Source: Podarcis cretensis (taxonomy: Eukaryota). From it: 64,000 nucleotides of DNA. Position 1 is the stretch's first letter; each line of letters starts with the position of its first letter. The position numbers were made by a program, and so were the translations under genes. The stretch covers positions 42,842,001-42,906,000 of the forward strand of contig OX638164.1 in assembly GCA_951804945.1 (NCBI GenBank), written 5' to 3'. This document shows positions 62,985 through 64,000 of this stretch, piece by piece. The notes beneath the pieces are model-generated. The model made no database searches. It was given only the letters and a program-made list of their open reading frames with translations, and was not told the origin of the DNA.

Positions 62985-63486
62985 GCAGCCTGCTTCTTGG
63001 GAGAAAAACAATGACAAACCTAGACAGCATCTTAAAAAGCAGAGACATCACCTTGCCAACAAAGGTCCGTATAGTTAAAGCCATGGTTTTCCCAGTAGTG
63101 ATGTATGGAAGTGAGAGCTGGACCATAAAGAAGGCTGATCGCTGAAGAATTGATGCTTTTGAATTATGGTGCTGGAGGAGACTCTTGAGAGTCCCATGGA
63201 CTGCAAGAAGATCAAACCTCTCCATTCTGAGGGAAATCAGCCCTGAGTGCTCACTGGAAGGACAGATCGTGAAGCTGAGGCTCCAGTACTTTGGCCACCT
63301 CATGAGAAGAGACGACTCCCTGGAAAAGACCCTGATGTTGGGAAAGATGGAGGGCACAAGGAGAAGGGGGCGACAGAGGACGAGATGGTTGGATAGTGTT
63401 CTCGAAGCTACCAGCATGAGTTTGACTAAACTGCGGGAGGCAGTGGAAAACAGGAGTGCCTGGCATGCAGGCACTAAACAACAACA
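62985..63486 (+). mobile_element. BovB LINE, 5'-truncated, nested in a Squam2-like SINE
   Basis: BovB RT C-terminal sequence, with an 11-bp TSD atgaggttcca at 62974-62984 and 63487-63497. Confidence 0.95.
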
Positions 63487-64000
63487 ATGAGGTTCCAAGC
63501 TCAATCTGTGGCATCTCCAGAGAGGGCTGGCAAAGACTCCCTGCCCAAAGTCCTGCAGAGCTGCTGCCAGTCAGTGTAGACAATACTGAGCTAGGTGGAC
63601 CAATGGTCTGACTCAGTATAAGGCAGCTTCCTCTGCCCCCAAGGCCACACATTCATGTAAATAAGATTCAATGCGAAGAGCAGCAGACCACAACCACCAC
63701 CGCAAAATGATTAAGACTCATCGGGAAAAGGCAGAGCTTCTCAGAAGCTTGGAAGGAATCCTCCCCAGAATGACTGCTCTGCAGAAGGAGGAAACACAAG
63801 CCAAAGGAAAGTCTCTCTTTGGCAAGTGCAGCCAAAGTTTACCTTGGCAAAGCACAGATCTAGTATTCCTTCACTTTCCATTTGCTAGCAAGCAGCCATG
63901 GCAATTGCACACACTCCGTGTTCCGAGAGGCCTGCCATTAAAGGTTGGTCAACGCGTCCACACTCCGAGCGCTCCAAATGCTCAGTCATCTTTCCCAGCA

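Noticed and set aside
1-64000. CRISPR arrays, operons or other prokaryotic systems
   Set aside because: No regularly spaced repeat-spacer array and no dense ORF packing. The sequence is intron-containing vertebrate DNA.

Overview
Vertebrate genomic DNA, almost certainly a squamate and probably a lacertid lizard (inferred from Sauria SINE, BovB, CR1, L2, L1, Penelope and MITE repeats). It holds two convergent genes in the known amniote synteny. One is a complete two-exon NKX3-1 on + (CDS 6460-6652 and 7859-8268, 200 aa, with a CpG island and TATA promoter). The other is the last three coding exons of SLC25A37/mitoferrin-1 on - (50553-50781, 47202-47258, 45667-46187), whose exon 1 lies beyond the window end. 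The rest is TE-rich intergenic, intronic and 3'UTR sequence. The best lead is a young Penelope-like insertion at about 39.7-39.9 kb. It places a minimal hammerhead ribozyme motif inside a perfect 63-bp inverted repeat, in SLC25A37 sense orientation, about 570 nt upstream of a candidate distal poly(A) signal. Other leads: partly TE-donated CTCF motifs in a boundary-like layout, tRNA-CR1 chimeric SINEs with two different tRNA heads, a phase-compatible micro-exon chain upstream of NKX3-1, loss of NKX3-1 degradation phosphosites, and an intronic CpG island. Repeat family names come from recognition by eye, not a database search. Repeat boundaries are approximate unless a TSD or TIR is cited.
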